From contig JBAZRV010000003.1 of the NCBI GenBank assembly GCA_041662745.1, forward strand, positions 30,001 through 62,000: a stretch of DNA of 32,000 nt. The letters run 5' to 3'. Positions 8,713-16,699 of the stretch are shown piece by piece. The notes under the pieces are model-generated. The model did not search any database and was not told the DNA's origin. It worked only from the letters and a program-made list of their open reading frames with translations. Origin of the DNA: Patescibacteria group bacterium (GTDB lineage Bacteria; Patescibacteriota; Patescibacteriia; 2-01-FULL-39-33). Both the position numbers and the translations under genes were made by a program. How positions within the stretch are numbered: position 1 is the first letter of the stretch; every line of letters begins with the position of its first letter.

Positions 8713-9861
8713 ATGAGTCTTATTTATAAAAAGTTATTAAAATCAAAGATCTATAAACTAATGTCAGACTCAGGAAAAAAAATGCCTAAACCGCCATACG
8801 AAAACAGGATAGAGGGCTGGTGGTTTAAGGATGAGGAAATAAGATCAGCCAATAAAGTTGGAAAAATGTTAACTCTAGATTTAGATATAGGTAAGGCCTG
8901 CGACTTGCATTGCAGTTTTTGTTTTGCCAGTACGCATTCAAAGGATAACAAAGATTATATTAATAAAAATACTATAAGAATTAAACAAATTCTTAAGGAG
9001 GCTGCGGAGTTAGGCTGTAAAAGCATTAAGATAGTTGGCGCCGGAGAACCATTATTATTTCCTAATCTAATTGAAATTCTAGAATATTGTAAAAAATTGA
9101 AAATAATCCCGATTATTTTTACTGGCGGACATGTATTTGGGGATGATAATCGAGCAAAAAATGTTTTTAAGAAATATGGTATTAATTCTGCTAAAGAATT
9201 AGTGGATAAGCTATATCGGCTTGATTGTTGCTTTATTGTAAAGTTTATGAGTTTGAATCCAAAATTGCATGCCAAATTAGTTGGTGCAAATTTTGATTAT
9301 ATTAAATACCGCGATCAGGGTCTCTTAAATTTAATTGAAAGAGGATTTAATTATACAAAGCCGACTAGGTTGGGTGTTGATTGTTTGCTGTTAAAAGATA
9401 ATTATAGGGAAGCCGTCAGTCTGTTTTCTTTTTTTAATCAGTTTAATATTTTTTGCGTTTTAAATACGTCAATGGATTGTGGCAAGACCGAATACAAATT
9501 AGCTAATCCACAAGTAATCAGTAAAGATAAAGCATTAAAAGTTTCAATTGATTTGTATCGTTACTGCCTTAAAAATAAGATTCCATTTGATAAAAGGATT
9601 TCCCCGTATTTTTGCAGTCCAGTTTGTTCCCAGCTTAACCACGGTCTTTTTATAGGAGATGACAATATTGTCAAGGCTTGCCCTGGCGGACCAGACATCG
9701 CTCAGTATTCAAAGGGCAAATTAAAGGAAATTTGGAAGAATAATCCATTTAGAAAAAAATATAATGAAATCTTGGGTCATGAATGTATTTCACGAGTTGG
9801 CCGTACTTATCATGAAGATTTTGAATATCGAGTAAGAAAAGCGATAAAATTTATAAAATGA
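8713..9861 (+). CDS. Radical SAM protein (function unknown) within the hydrogenase operon
   Basis: CDLHCSFCF (CX3CX2C), GAGEPLLFPNL, additional C-terminal cysteines (YFCSPVCSQ...KACPGG...HECIS). Confidence 0.85.
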   Translation: MSLIYKKLLKSKIYKLMSDSGKKMPKPPYENRIEGWWFKDEEIRSANKVGKMLTLDLDIGKACDLHCSFCFASTHSKDNKDYINKNTIRIKQILKEAAELGCKSIKIVGAGEPLLFPNLIEILEYCKKLKIIPIIFTGGHVFGDDNRAKNVFKKYGINSAKELVDKLYRLDCCFIVKFMSLNPKLHAKLVGANFDYIKYRDQGLLNLIERGFNYTKPTRLGVDCLLLKDNYREAVSLFSFFNQFNIFCVLNTSMDCGKTEYKLANPQVISKDKALKVSIDLYRYCLKNKIPFDKRISPYFCSPVCSQLNHGLFIGDDNIVKACPGGPDIAQYSKGKLKEIWKNNPFRKKYNEILGHECISRVGRTYHEDFEYRVRKAIKFIK

Positions 9862-10679
9862 ATAATACCTACCAGCCGCAGAAAGTCAAAGCAATTTCCG
9901 TCAGCCGCCAGTCAATTGATACGGTAATGTTTAGATTTCAGTTTGTTGATAAATCCTTACAGAGAACTTTCGCGTATCTTCCCGGGCAATTTATGCAAAT
10001 CGGTTTTCCGGGTTGGGGCGAATGCCCCATCAGCCTTTGTTCCTCGCCGGCCGAGAGCAAAAAATATTTTGAGCTGGCGATCCGCGACGCGGGGCAATTG
10101 ACGCGCAAAATTAATGAATTAAAAAGCGGAGACGAGGCTTGGGTCAGGGGACCGTTCGGCAATGGCTTTGATGCGGATATTTATAAAGGCAAAGAGTTGA
10201 TTTTAATCGGCGGCGGCTGCGGTTTTGTGCCGCTTCGTCCGATAATCATGGAAGTTCTTGCCGGTCGCATTAAAACCAAATCGTTAAAGATTTTTTACGG
10301 TTGCCTTAATGAGGATACGTTGCTGTTTAAGAAACAATATCCCGAGTGGAATCGCGGAGCGGAATTAGGCGTTATTCTGGATAAACCCTCGGCTCAATGG
10401 CATGGCGAGAAGGGATTGATTACCGACTTGATTAAAAAACGCCAAATCAGCCCTCAGTCCGTGGTTGTAATGGTTGGTCCGCCCGTAATGTATCGTTTTG
10501 CCATTAAGGAATTAGAAGCCAAGAAAGTCAAAGCGCAGAATATCTGGCTGTCGTTGGAACGGCGGATGTATTGCGGTGTCGGCGTTTGCCAGCATTGCGC
10601 TGTCGGGCCGTATTACGTCTGCAAAGACGGGCCGGTGTTCAGTTACGCCCAGCTTAAAGATATCCCTAATGCCTTATGA
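9858..10679 (+). CDS. hydG: Group 3b-type hydrogenase gamma subunit, FAD/NAD(P)-binding oxidoreductase
   Basis: FAYLPGQFMQIGFPG, ISLCSSP, VRGPFGNGF, GGGCGFVPLRPII, C-terminal CGVGVCQHCAVGPYYVCKDGPVFSY 2Fe-2S motif; ATGA overlap with upstream ORF. Confidence 0.92.
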   Translation: MNNTYQPQKVKAISVSRQSIDTVMFRFQFVDKSLQRTFAYLPGQFMQIGFPGWGECPISLCSSPAESKKYFELAIRDAGQLTRKINELKSGDEAWVRGPFGNGFDADIYKGKELILIGGGCGFVPLRPIIMEVLAGRIKTKSLKIFYGCLNEDTLLFKKQYPEWNRGAELGVILDKPSAQWHGEKGLITDLIKKRQISPQSVVVMVGPPVMYRFAIKELEAKKVKAQNIWLSLERRMYCGVGVCQHCAVGPYYVCKDGPVFSYAQLKDIPNAL

Positions 10680-11188
10680 CTTTAAATGCCTTGATTTATC
10701 TTTTGATTTTTTTGGTGTTGCTTACCGCGGCTTACGGCGCTTATTCGGCCGCGCCCTGGTTGCCGACCAGGCGGCGGGATGTTAAACGCCTGGCGGATTT
10801 GGCCGGAATCAAAGAGGGGGATAAAATTTATGATTTAGGTTGCGGTGACGGCCGGTTGGTTTTTGAAGCGGCCCGGCGCGGCGCTACGGCCAGCGGAGTG
10901 GAAATATTTTTTCTGCCCTGGCTCTACGCCAGAATTAAAAGCTTATTCATTCCGCGGACCAGAATTTTATTCGGCGATTTGTTTTTTCAGGATATTTCCG
11001 ACGCCGATGCGATTTTTATTTTTTTGTTGGATAAAAGCTATAAAAAACTGGTGGAAAAGTTCAATCGGGAGCTCAAGCCGGGAACGCAAGTGGTTGTGGC
11101 CTGCTGGCCGATCGTCGAGTGGCGGGACAAGCTTGTTTCTTCCAGTCAGCCGGCGGACGATCTGCCGATGTTCGTCTATAAGGTATAA
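10676..11188 (+). CDS. Membrane-anchored SAM-dependent methyltransferase-like protein
   Basis: N-terminal hydrophobic helix then IKEGDKIYDLGCGDGRLVFEAARRGATASGVEI (methyltransferase motif I); overlaps end of hydG by 4 nt. Confidence 0.75.
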   Translation: MTLNALIYLLIFLVLLTAAYGAYSAAPWLPTRRRDVKRLADLAGIKEGDKIYDLGCGDGRLVFEAARRGATASGVEIFFLPWLYARIKSLFIPRTRILFGDLFFQDISDADAIFIFLLDKSYKKLVEKFNRELKPGTQVVVACWPIVEWRDKLVSSSQPADDLPMFVYKV

Positions 11189-11253
11189 GCCGAATCCCAT
11201 GCCTTATCTGTCGGAAATAATAAAAATATTTATTAACCCTTAACCATAAAACC

Positions 11254-11397
11254 ATGCTTGCTATCGCACTCATCATCATCGGAGCAATTTTCCTGCTCAA
11301 AAATCTCGGCTTGCTGACTGTCATCAATTGGGATGTCGTTTGGCCGATCGTTTTGATCGGTGTCGGCGTCTTGATGCTGTTTAAGAAAAAAATGTAA
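11254..11397 (+). CDS. 47-aa two-helix membrane protein
   Basis: MLAIALIIIGAIFLLKNLGLLTVINWDVVWPIVLIGVGVLMLFKKKM; resembles short LiaF/DUF5668-type TM hairpins; sits in the operon; not in the supplied ORF track. Confidence 0.6.
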   Translation: MLAIALIIIGAIFLLKNLGLLTVINWDVVWPIVLIGVGVLMLFKKKM

Positions 11398-11399
11398 TT

Positions 11400-11615
11400 A
11401 TGTGCCTGACCGTGCCGGCGCAAGTGATTTCCGCCGCTGATAATTATTTGGAGGTGGAAACCGCCGGCACCAGGCGCCAGGTTAAGCGCGCCTTTTCTCG
11501 GGTGCCGCAATCGGGCGAATGGGTGCTGATTAACGCTGACCTGGCCGTGGTTGCGGTAACAGAACAGGAAGCCCGGGAGATTTCTGATTATTTGATGCCG
11601 AAGAAAAAGCTATGA
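11400..11615 (+). CDS. hypC: Hydrogenase maturation chaperone HypC family
   Basis: N-terminal MCLTVPAQV signature and typical ~70 aa length. Confidence 0.85.
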   Translation: MCLTVPAQVISAADNYLEVETAGTRRQVKRAFSRVPQSGEWVLINADLAVVAVTEQEAREISDYLMPKKKL

Positions 11616-12370
11616 TTGAGACTAAGCCGAGTGGCATGACTTTGGCGGCGCGTTACGCTTTCATGCCCAATAAATTGCGCTATTGCGGCGGCGATAGGAA
11701 TGCCCAATTGTTTTCTTATGTGTCCGCCGGGGTTAGCGACGGGGGATTGGCTGAATTGCTGGAAGAATTTGACACCATGTTCCCCTATATCAGCTTTATC
11801 GCCCACGCCAATAAGATCGCCGATCCGTTTGATTATCGCGTGGTGGAAGCGTATTGGATCGGCAATGATCTGCTTAAGCAGATTGATTTCAATTCTTTTT
11901 ATCGTTACCTGGCGGATATCCAGCGCCTGCCCAAATCCTATAAGCCGGCCGTGGCGGAAAAGATTTACGGCAAGATTACTTGGGGCGCCAAACCGCATCA
12001 TTCCTGGCACGTATTCAATATCCCCAAGCGCATGGGGCCGAACGCCTTGGAATACACCATTGCCACCATGAATGATTGCCGCATCAGTTGGGCTAAGGTG
12101 CTTGAATCGGATCCGATTGCTGACGGCCTGCTGAAGAAGATAAAAGTTGAATGCCGGCCCTTGCAATATATTAACAATCAATTGGTGTTGGGCGAACCGC
12201 AAGAGAAAGAAGCCTGGTTTGAATATGAGAATAAGAGCTTTACCGGGCCACTTCGCGCCGGCGATCTGGTAACCTTGCATTGGAATTGGGCGTGTGATCG
12301 CATTTCCCTGGAACAAAAGAGCAATTTGGAAAAATGGACGCAACATAATTTAAAACTGGCCAACTTATGA
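11612..12370 (+). CDS. Hydrogenase-associated protein resembling the DUF6390 family
   Basis: LAARYAFMPNKLRYCGG...DPFDYRVVEAYWIGNDLL...HSWHVFNI...MNDCRISWAKV...GDLVTLHWNWACDRIS; overlaps hypC end and delta subunit start. Confidence 0.7.
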   Translation: MIETKPSGMTLAARYAFMPNKLRYCGGDRNAQLFSYVSAGVSDGGLAELLEEFDTMFPYISFIAHANKIADPFDYRVVEAYWIGNDLLKQIDFNSFYRYLADIQRLPKSYKPAVAEKIYGKITWGAKPHHSWHVFNIPKRMGPNALEYTIATMNDCRISWAKVLESDPIADGLLKKIKVECRPLQYINNQLVLGEPQEKEAWFEYENKSFTGPLRAGDLVTLHWNWACDRISLEQKSNLEKWTQHNLKLANL

Positions 12371-13167
12371 AAATAAAAAAACCGAAACTTGCCATTATCA
12401 GCCTGACTTCCTGCGAGGGCTGTCAATTCGTTTTGCTGGATCAGGGCAAGAAATTTTTGGAATTGCTGAAAAAATTCCAAGTTGAGGAATTTAGATTAAT
12501 GGAGGACGATCCAATGCCGGCGGAACGTTATGACGTCTGCCTGGTTGAGGGTAATCCGGTGACCACGGATAATATCAAATTGCTTAAAGCCATGCGCGAG
12601 CGCTCTAAGTTTTTGGTTGTTTTGGGCAATTGCGCCGCACTCGGCGGCGTTTGGGAAATTAAGAATTACCAAGATAAGAAAAAAACCATCAGGTATGTTT
12701 ATCGGAACTCCGCCAAGGTGGAGAATCCCGATATTAAGGAAGTGGATAATTTCGTCAAAGTGGATTTGACTATTCCCGGCTGCCCCATAACCGGCGGCGA
12801 AATGCTGGAAATTATTTATCAGCTTTTGTCCGGCAAAATGCCGCGGATTCCGCAAAGTCCGGTGTGTTGGGAATGCCAGACTAGGGGTTATGAATGTTTA
12901 TTACAAAAAGGCATGATTTGTCTGGGGCCGATTACTTTGGGCGGCTGCCAAGCGGTTTGTCTGAAAAGCAAACAGCCGTGCTGGGGTTGCCGCGGCCTGT
13001 TTGAGGGAGCGCAAATCAAGAATCATCTTAATCATTTGACGGCTAATTTCCCCCGCCAGCAAGTTTACCGCATCATGGAAGTCTTTGGCGCTCGCGATTC
13101 AATTTTAAAATCATTGGTTAAAAATAAAACTAAAAAGATTAACAAGAAAATTAAGAAAAAATTATGA
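12367..13167 (+). CDS. hydD: Group 3b-type hydrogenase delta (small) subunit
   Basis: LTSCEGCQFVLLDQG, GNCAALGG, PGCPITGGEMLE, CWECQTRGYECLLQKGMICLGPITLGGCQAVCLKSKQPCWGCRG cluster ligands. Confidence 0.93.
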   Translation: MKIKKPKLAIISLTSCEGCQFVLLDQGKKFLELLKKFQVEEFRLMEDDPMPAERYDVCLVEGNPVTTDNIKLLKAMRERSKFLVVLGNCAALGGVWEIKNYQDKKKTIRYVYRNSAKVENPDIKEVDNFVKVDLTIPGCPITGGEMLEIIYQLLSGKMPRIPQSPVCWECQTRGYECLLQKGMICLGPITLGGCQAVCLKSKQPCWGCRGLFEGAQIKNHLNHLTANFPRQQVYRIMEVFGARDSILKSLVKNKTKKINKKIKKKL

Positions 13168-13418
13168 CAGTAGAAATCAGGGATAGGACGGAGGGGGAAC
13201 TATCGGCTCGCAATCAAGTGCAGAGGGAGTTATTGGGCAAGTATTTGGAGGAGGGCAAATTGAGCGCCACCGATCCCGAAGCCATGAGCAAAATTTTCAG
13301 GCAGATAAGCGATATTTTGGATGGCGACGATCCGGTTTACGACAGTATTCGCGCTGCTTTTAAGTCAGGTGATCACCAAGCTACGGTTGATATGCTAAAA
13401 ACCGTAGTCAAAGTGTAA
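13164..13418 (+). CDS. Uncharacterised 84-aa soluble protein between small and large hydrogenase subunits
   Basis: ORF overlaps delta subunit stop by 4 nt and ends 12 nt before alpha subunit ATG; no family recognised. Confidence 0.7.
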   Translation: MTVEIRDRTEGELSARNQVQRELLGKYLEEGKLSATDPEAMSKIFRQISDILDGDDPVYDSIRAAFKSGDHQATVDMLKTVVKV

Positions 13419-13430
13419 ATATTTTTATCT

Positions 13431-14729
13431 ATGCAAATAAAAGTCAACCATATCGGTAAAATGGAAGGGCACTCCGATTTTGTGGCTGAAATCATCAAGG
13501 GCAAAGTGTCTTCGGCCAAAGTGATGACTACCGAAGGCGCGCGTTTGATTGAAGGCATTTTGGTCGGTCGGAATTTTGACGAAGCGCCGATTATTACCGC
13601 CCGCATCTGCGGCATTTGTCCGGTGGTGCATAAGGTCTCCTCGGTTAAATCATTGGAGAATGCCTTGAGAATTGAGCCGAGCCGGCAGACAATCAAATTA
13701 AGAAAGGCCATGCTTGCAGCCCAGATAATCCATAGCCACGCTCTGCATTTGTTTTTTTTGTCTTTGCCTGATTTTTTTGATATCACTAATGATTTGCAGT
13801 TTATTGGCAAGTACAAAAAAGAGACGGAAAGCGCCATCAGGGTGCGTGATTGGGCGTTGAAGACGATTGAAGTTATCGGCGGCAGAGCGGTGCACCCCAT
13901 TGCTTGCGAAGTCGGCGGATTCAAGGTGTTGCCGGAAAAATCCGAATTGGCTGAGTTGGCCGGCCGTTATCAAGCAGTTTTAAAAGACGCTTTGGTTTTG
14001 GTTAATATGGTGTTAAAAATCAATCTGCCCAGATTCAGCCGTCCCACAACTTTTGTCGCCTTGGCTCACGGTGATGAATACGCCTATTACGGCGGTGATC
14101 TCAAGGTGTTGTCTCCCGGAGGAAAAACCAAAGTAATCAAAGCCAAGGATTTCACCAAGAATATCAAAGAGATTGAGGAACCTTACCGCGCAGCTAAGTC
14201 GGCGAAATTGGACGGTAAGCCGTTTATGGTCGGCGCTCTGGCGCGTCTTAATATCAACCATAACCAATTGAATCCTTTGGCGGCCGGGATATTCAAAAGT
14301 CTAAAGTGGCGTTTGCCTCAATACAACACTTTTAACAATATTGTCTGTCAGGCGGTGGAGATAATACATTTTACCGAAGAGCTAAATCGTTTGCTCGGGG
14401 AATTGTCGGTTGAATTGAAGCCGGAAACAAGCCGCGGCCAAGAGCTTGATCTTATCGCTCGCGCCAATCCGCTGGGCCGGGTTGCGGTCGGCGTTGATGC
14501 TTGCGAAGCGCCGCGCGGCACACTGTATCATGCTTATAAGCTGGACAGAAACGGGCTGATTACCGATTGCCAAATCATCACGCCAACCGTGTCTTTTTTG
14601 AAGAATTTAGAAGCGGACATCAAGCAGTACCTGCCGGGCATTAAGAATCTGCCGGAGAAGAAGCGCGCTATCAGGATCCGCGCCTTGATCCGCGCCTATG
14701 ATCCGTGCATTGCTTGCGCCACGCATTAA
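13431..14729 (+). CDS. hydA: Group 3b-type [NiFe] hydrogenase alpha (large, catalytic) subunit
   Basis: L1 motif RICGICPVVHK and L2 motif DPCIACATH; GRVAVGVDACEAPRGTLYH. Confidence 0.95.
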   Translation: MQIKVNHIGKMEGHSDFVAEIIKGKVSSAKVMTTEGARLIEGILVGRNFDEAPIITARICGICPVVHKVSSVKSLENALRIEPSRQTIKLRKAMLAAQIIHSHALHLFFLSLPDFFDITNDLQFIGKYKKETESAIRVRDWALKTIEVIGGRAVHPIACEVGGFKVLPEKSELAELAGRYQAVLKDALVLVNMVLKINLPRFSRPTTFVALAHGDEYAYYGGDLKVLSPGGKTKVIKAKDFTKNIKEIEEPYRAAKSAKLDGKPFMVGALARLNINHNQLNPLAAGIFKSLKWRLPQYNTFNNIVCQAVEIIHFTEELNRLLGELSVELKPETSRGQELDLIARANPLGRVAVGVDACEAPRGTLYHAYKLDRNGLITDCQIITPTVSFLKNLEADIKQYLPGIKNLPEKKRAIRIRALIRAYDPCIACATH

Positions 14730-14751
14730 CATGGCAAATGGCTTATGGCAT

Positions 14752-15188
14752 ATGGCATATAGTAAATGCAATTATTTATGAGTTTTAGATTTGAAAACCT
14801 GGATATCTGGAAAGAATCAATTGATTATTGCAACTCGATTTATAATATTACAGAGAAATTTCCCAAAGATGAATCATTCGGTTTAAAAAGTCAGCTTAAT
14901 CGCGCTGCCGTTTCTATTTCAGCTAATATAGCAGAAGGATCAGCGAGTTGTTCTGATAAAGAATTAAAGATGTTTATTGGTTTTTCTATCAGGTCATTAG
15001 CAGAGGTGATTTCTGAGTTGGTGATCGCAAGAAATAGGAGATATATTACTGATGATCAATTCAAAGGTTTATACGATAAAGGGGAAATATTAATCAAGAG
15101 AATAACTTCATTCAAAAATAATTTGGTTTAATTTTGTTGTATTTATTAACCATAAGCTATAAGCCATAAGCTATTAGCTATATGCCAT
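14752..15188. repeat. Inverted repeats flanking the four-helix-bundle gene
   Basis: ATGGCATATAG (14752-14762) and its exact reverse complement CTATATGCCAT (15178-15188), embedded in degenerate (g)gcttatgg/ccataagc(t) repeats on both sides. Confidence 0.6.
14778..15131 (+). CDS. Four-helix bundle protein (bS23 / 23S rRNA intervening-sequence-type protein)
   Basis: MSFRFENLDIWKESIDYCNSIYNITEKFPKDESFGLKSQLNRAAVSISANIAEGSA...FIGFSIRSLAEVISEL typical of this family. Confidence 0.9.
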   Translation: MSFRFENLDIWKESIDYCNSIYNITEKFPKDESFGLKSQLNRAAVSISANIAEGSASCSDKELKMFIGFSIRSLAEVISELVIARNRRYITDDQFKGLYDKGEILIKRITSFKNNLV

Positions 15189-15192
15189 CTCT

Positions 15193-15447
15193 ATGCATGA
15201 TTTTCATTTGTCTGATACGATCTACAAAGCGATCATCGAGGAAGCCGAAAAAAACAAGTTAAAAAAAATCACCAAAGCGGTGATTGAGCTGGGGAGCATC
15301 GTAGAGCATGGCGAAGAAGTTTTGCCGGCTAATTTGGATTTTAATATTAAGCTGTTAGCTAAAGGCGGCCCGGCCGAAGGATTAGAGCTTGCGATTACTA
15401 AGGCGGTCGGCGGGAATTGGATATTGAAAGAAATTGCCGGGGAATAA
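15193..15447 (+). CDS. HypA-like protein lacking the zinc-binding domain (84 aa)
   Basis: MHDFHLSDTIYKAIIEEAEKNKLKKITKAVIELGSI...LDFNIKLLAKGGPAEGLELAI resembles the HypA N-terminal Ni-binding half; no cysteines. Confidence 0.7.
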   Translation: MHDFHLSDTIYKAIIEEAEKNKLKKITKAVIELGSIVEHGEEVLPANLDFNIKLLAKGGPAEGLELAITKAVGGNWILKEIAGE

Positions 15448-15477
15448 AAAACGGCCGGCGGTAAACCGCGGGCCGGT
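15444..15477 (-). terminator. Rho-independent terminator for the minus-strand lipoprotein transcript
   Basis: Minus strand: CCGGCCCGCGGTTTACCGCCGGCCGTTTTTTATTCC, GC hairpin with GCGG/TAAA/CCGC core followed by T6; overlaps the last codon of the HypA-like gene. Confidence 0.75.
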
Positions 15478-15494
15478 CAAGGTTCATTGAAATT

Positions 15495-15833
15495 TTAAGT
15501 TTTGGATTTCAGAACAACGAAATAGCCGATAGTTGCTCCGTAGATACCGCTATTATCAGCTGCCACGGATACAAGTTCCAGTTCCGGGTGCGTCTTGATA
15601 AACATTGATAGGGTATTGCCAAAGTTTGCTCTGTTATGACTAAAATAATAAACTCCGTTGCCGTAATCAATAATATCGGGAAAATTAGGTACAGCCAAAG
15701 AGTCCGCCGGCATTTCCATATTCGCTGTAGGAACTGATTTCACATTTGCCGGATCGGCCGGATCATTACCGCAACCGCTGGTAATGATAATCAAAACAAG
15801 AATAGCAACCGTTGCCATGATTTTGCGCATCAC
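15495..15833 (-). CDS. Small putative lipoprotein
   Basis: MMRKIMATVAILVLIIITSGCGND: signal peptide with lipobox ending in Cys. Confidence 0.65.
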   Translation of the reverse strand: MMRKIMATVAILVLIIITSGCGNDPADPANVKSVPTANMEMPADSLAVPNFPDIIDYGNGVYYFSHNRANFGNTLSMFIKTHPELELVSVAADNSGIYGATIGYFVVLKSKT

Positions 15834-15856
15834 TGTTCTCCTTTTCGTTTGTGGCT

Positions 15857-16525
15857 TTACTTAATAAATCTCTGATTTCTGATTTCTGTCCCAGTAATCG
15901 GCAAAGTGTCAGTCTTGATTTGCAAACTGAAATTGACTCGCATCCTGCTCATTCCTCGTTCTTCCCACCATTCCCACAAATCTTGATACTGTCGGTTTTC
16001 GGCCGCGCAGACGATCGGCAGAAATATTTTTTTGTTGCGGATCATGTGAGCGATGCCGTAATCGGGCCAACTCAGCCACCAAGCGTCTTCAGCGTCAATT
16101 TCCGTGCCACAGAAATAATCGGCTAATATTTGCGCTTGTTGCTTGATGATTTCTTCTTGCTGCAGTTTGGCTTCCCACTGTTGGAGCAGGTAACGCTCAC
16201 CGCCCGGAGAAAAGGCAATCACCAGCAGTAGCAACGGTACCATTATGGCCATTATTACAAATCTGCCTTTTTCTCCGCAGGCCAAGCCGGTTACTACCAA
16301 AACAAATCCAGTTATAGCTAGATATATAAAACTGGCATGAGAATTTTCAAAAGCAGTGGTTGCAAACATCATAGAAGTAAGAAATACTGCAAAGACAAGA
16401 AGAAACAGCCAGAGCAGTTTACCTCTTCTGGTTCCAAACTTTCTTGTTGCGATTGATGAACTAACCAAAAGCGCTACCATGGCGATATTAAAAAATAACC
16501 AATCAGTTCCGGTTTCCGGAGTCAT
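15857..16525 (-). CDS. Hypothetical integral membrane protein
   Basis: Start ATG 16525 (MTPETGTDWLFFNI...) preceded by AAAAGGAG; three hydrophobic segments then a soluble Trp-rich C-terminal region. Confidence 0.65.
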   Translation of the reverse strand: MTPETGTDWLFFNIAMVALLVSSSIATRKFGTRRGKLLWLFLLVFAVFLTSMMFATTAFENSHASFIYLAITGFVLVVTGLACGEKGRFVIMAIMVPLLLLVIAFSPGGERYLLQQWEAKLQQEEIIKQQAQILADYFCGTEIDAEDAWWLSWPDYGIAHMIRNKKIFLPIVCAAENRQYQDLWEWWEERGMSRMRVNFSLQIKTDTLPITGTEIRNQRFIK

Positions 16526-16699
16526 CGCATTCTCCTTTTGGCTTACAGCCTCTTGTTGCTTGGTGAATCCTTTGTGAAAATGTAAAAGTGCTTGAAATAC
16601 CCTTAACCATATCATACATTTTTACTTTTGTCAAGTAAATTATCTACAAACATAAAAGTACCTAAAATAATATAAAATTAAGCATAAATAGTTCTTATT

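Noticed and set aside
11588-12346. 252-aa antisense ORF on the minus strand
   Set aside because: Lies wholly opposite the well-supported DUF6390-like gene and has no recognisable domain; typical shadow ORF.
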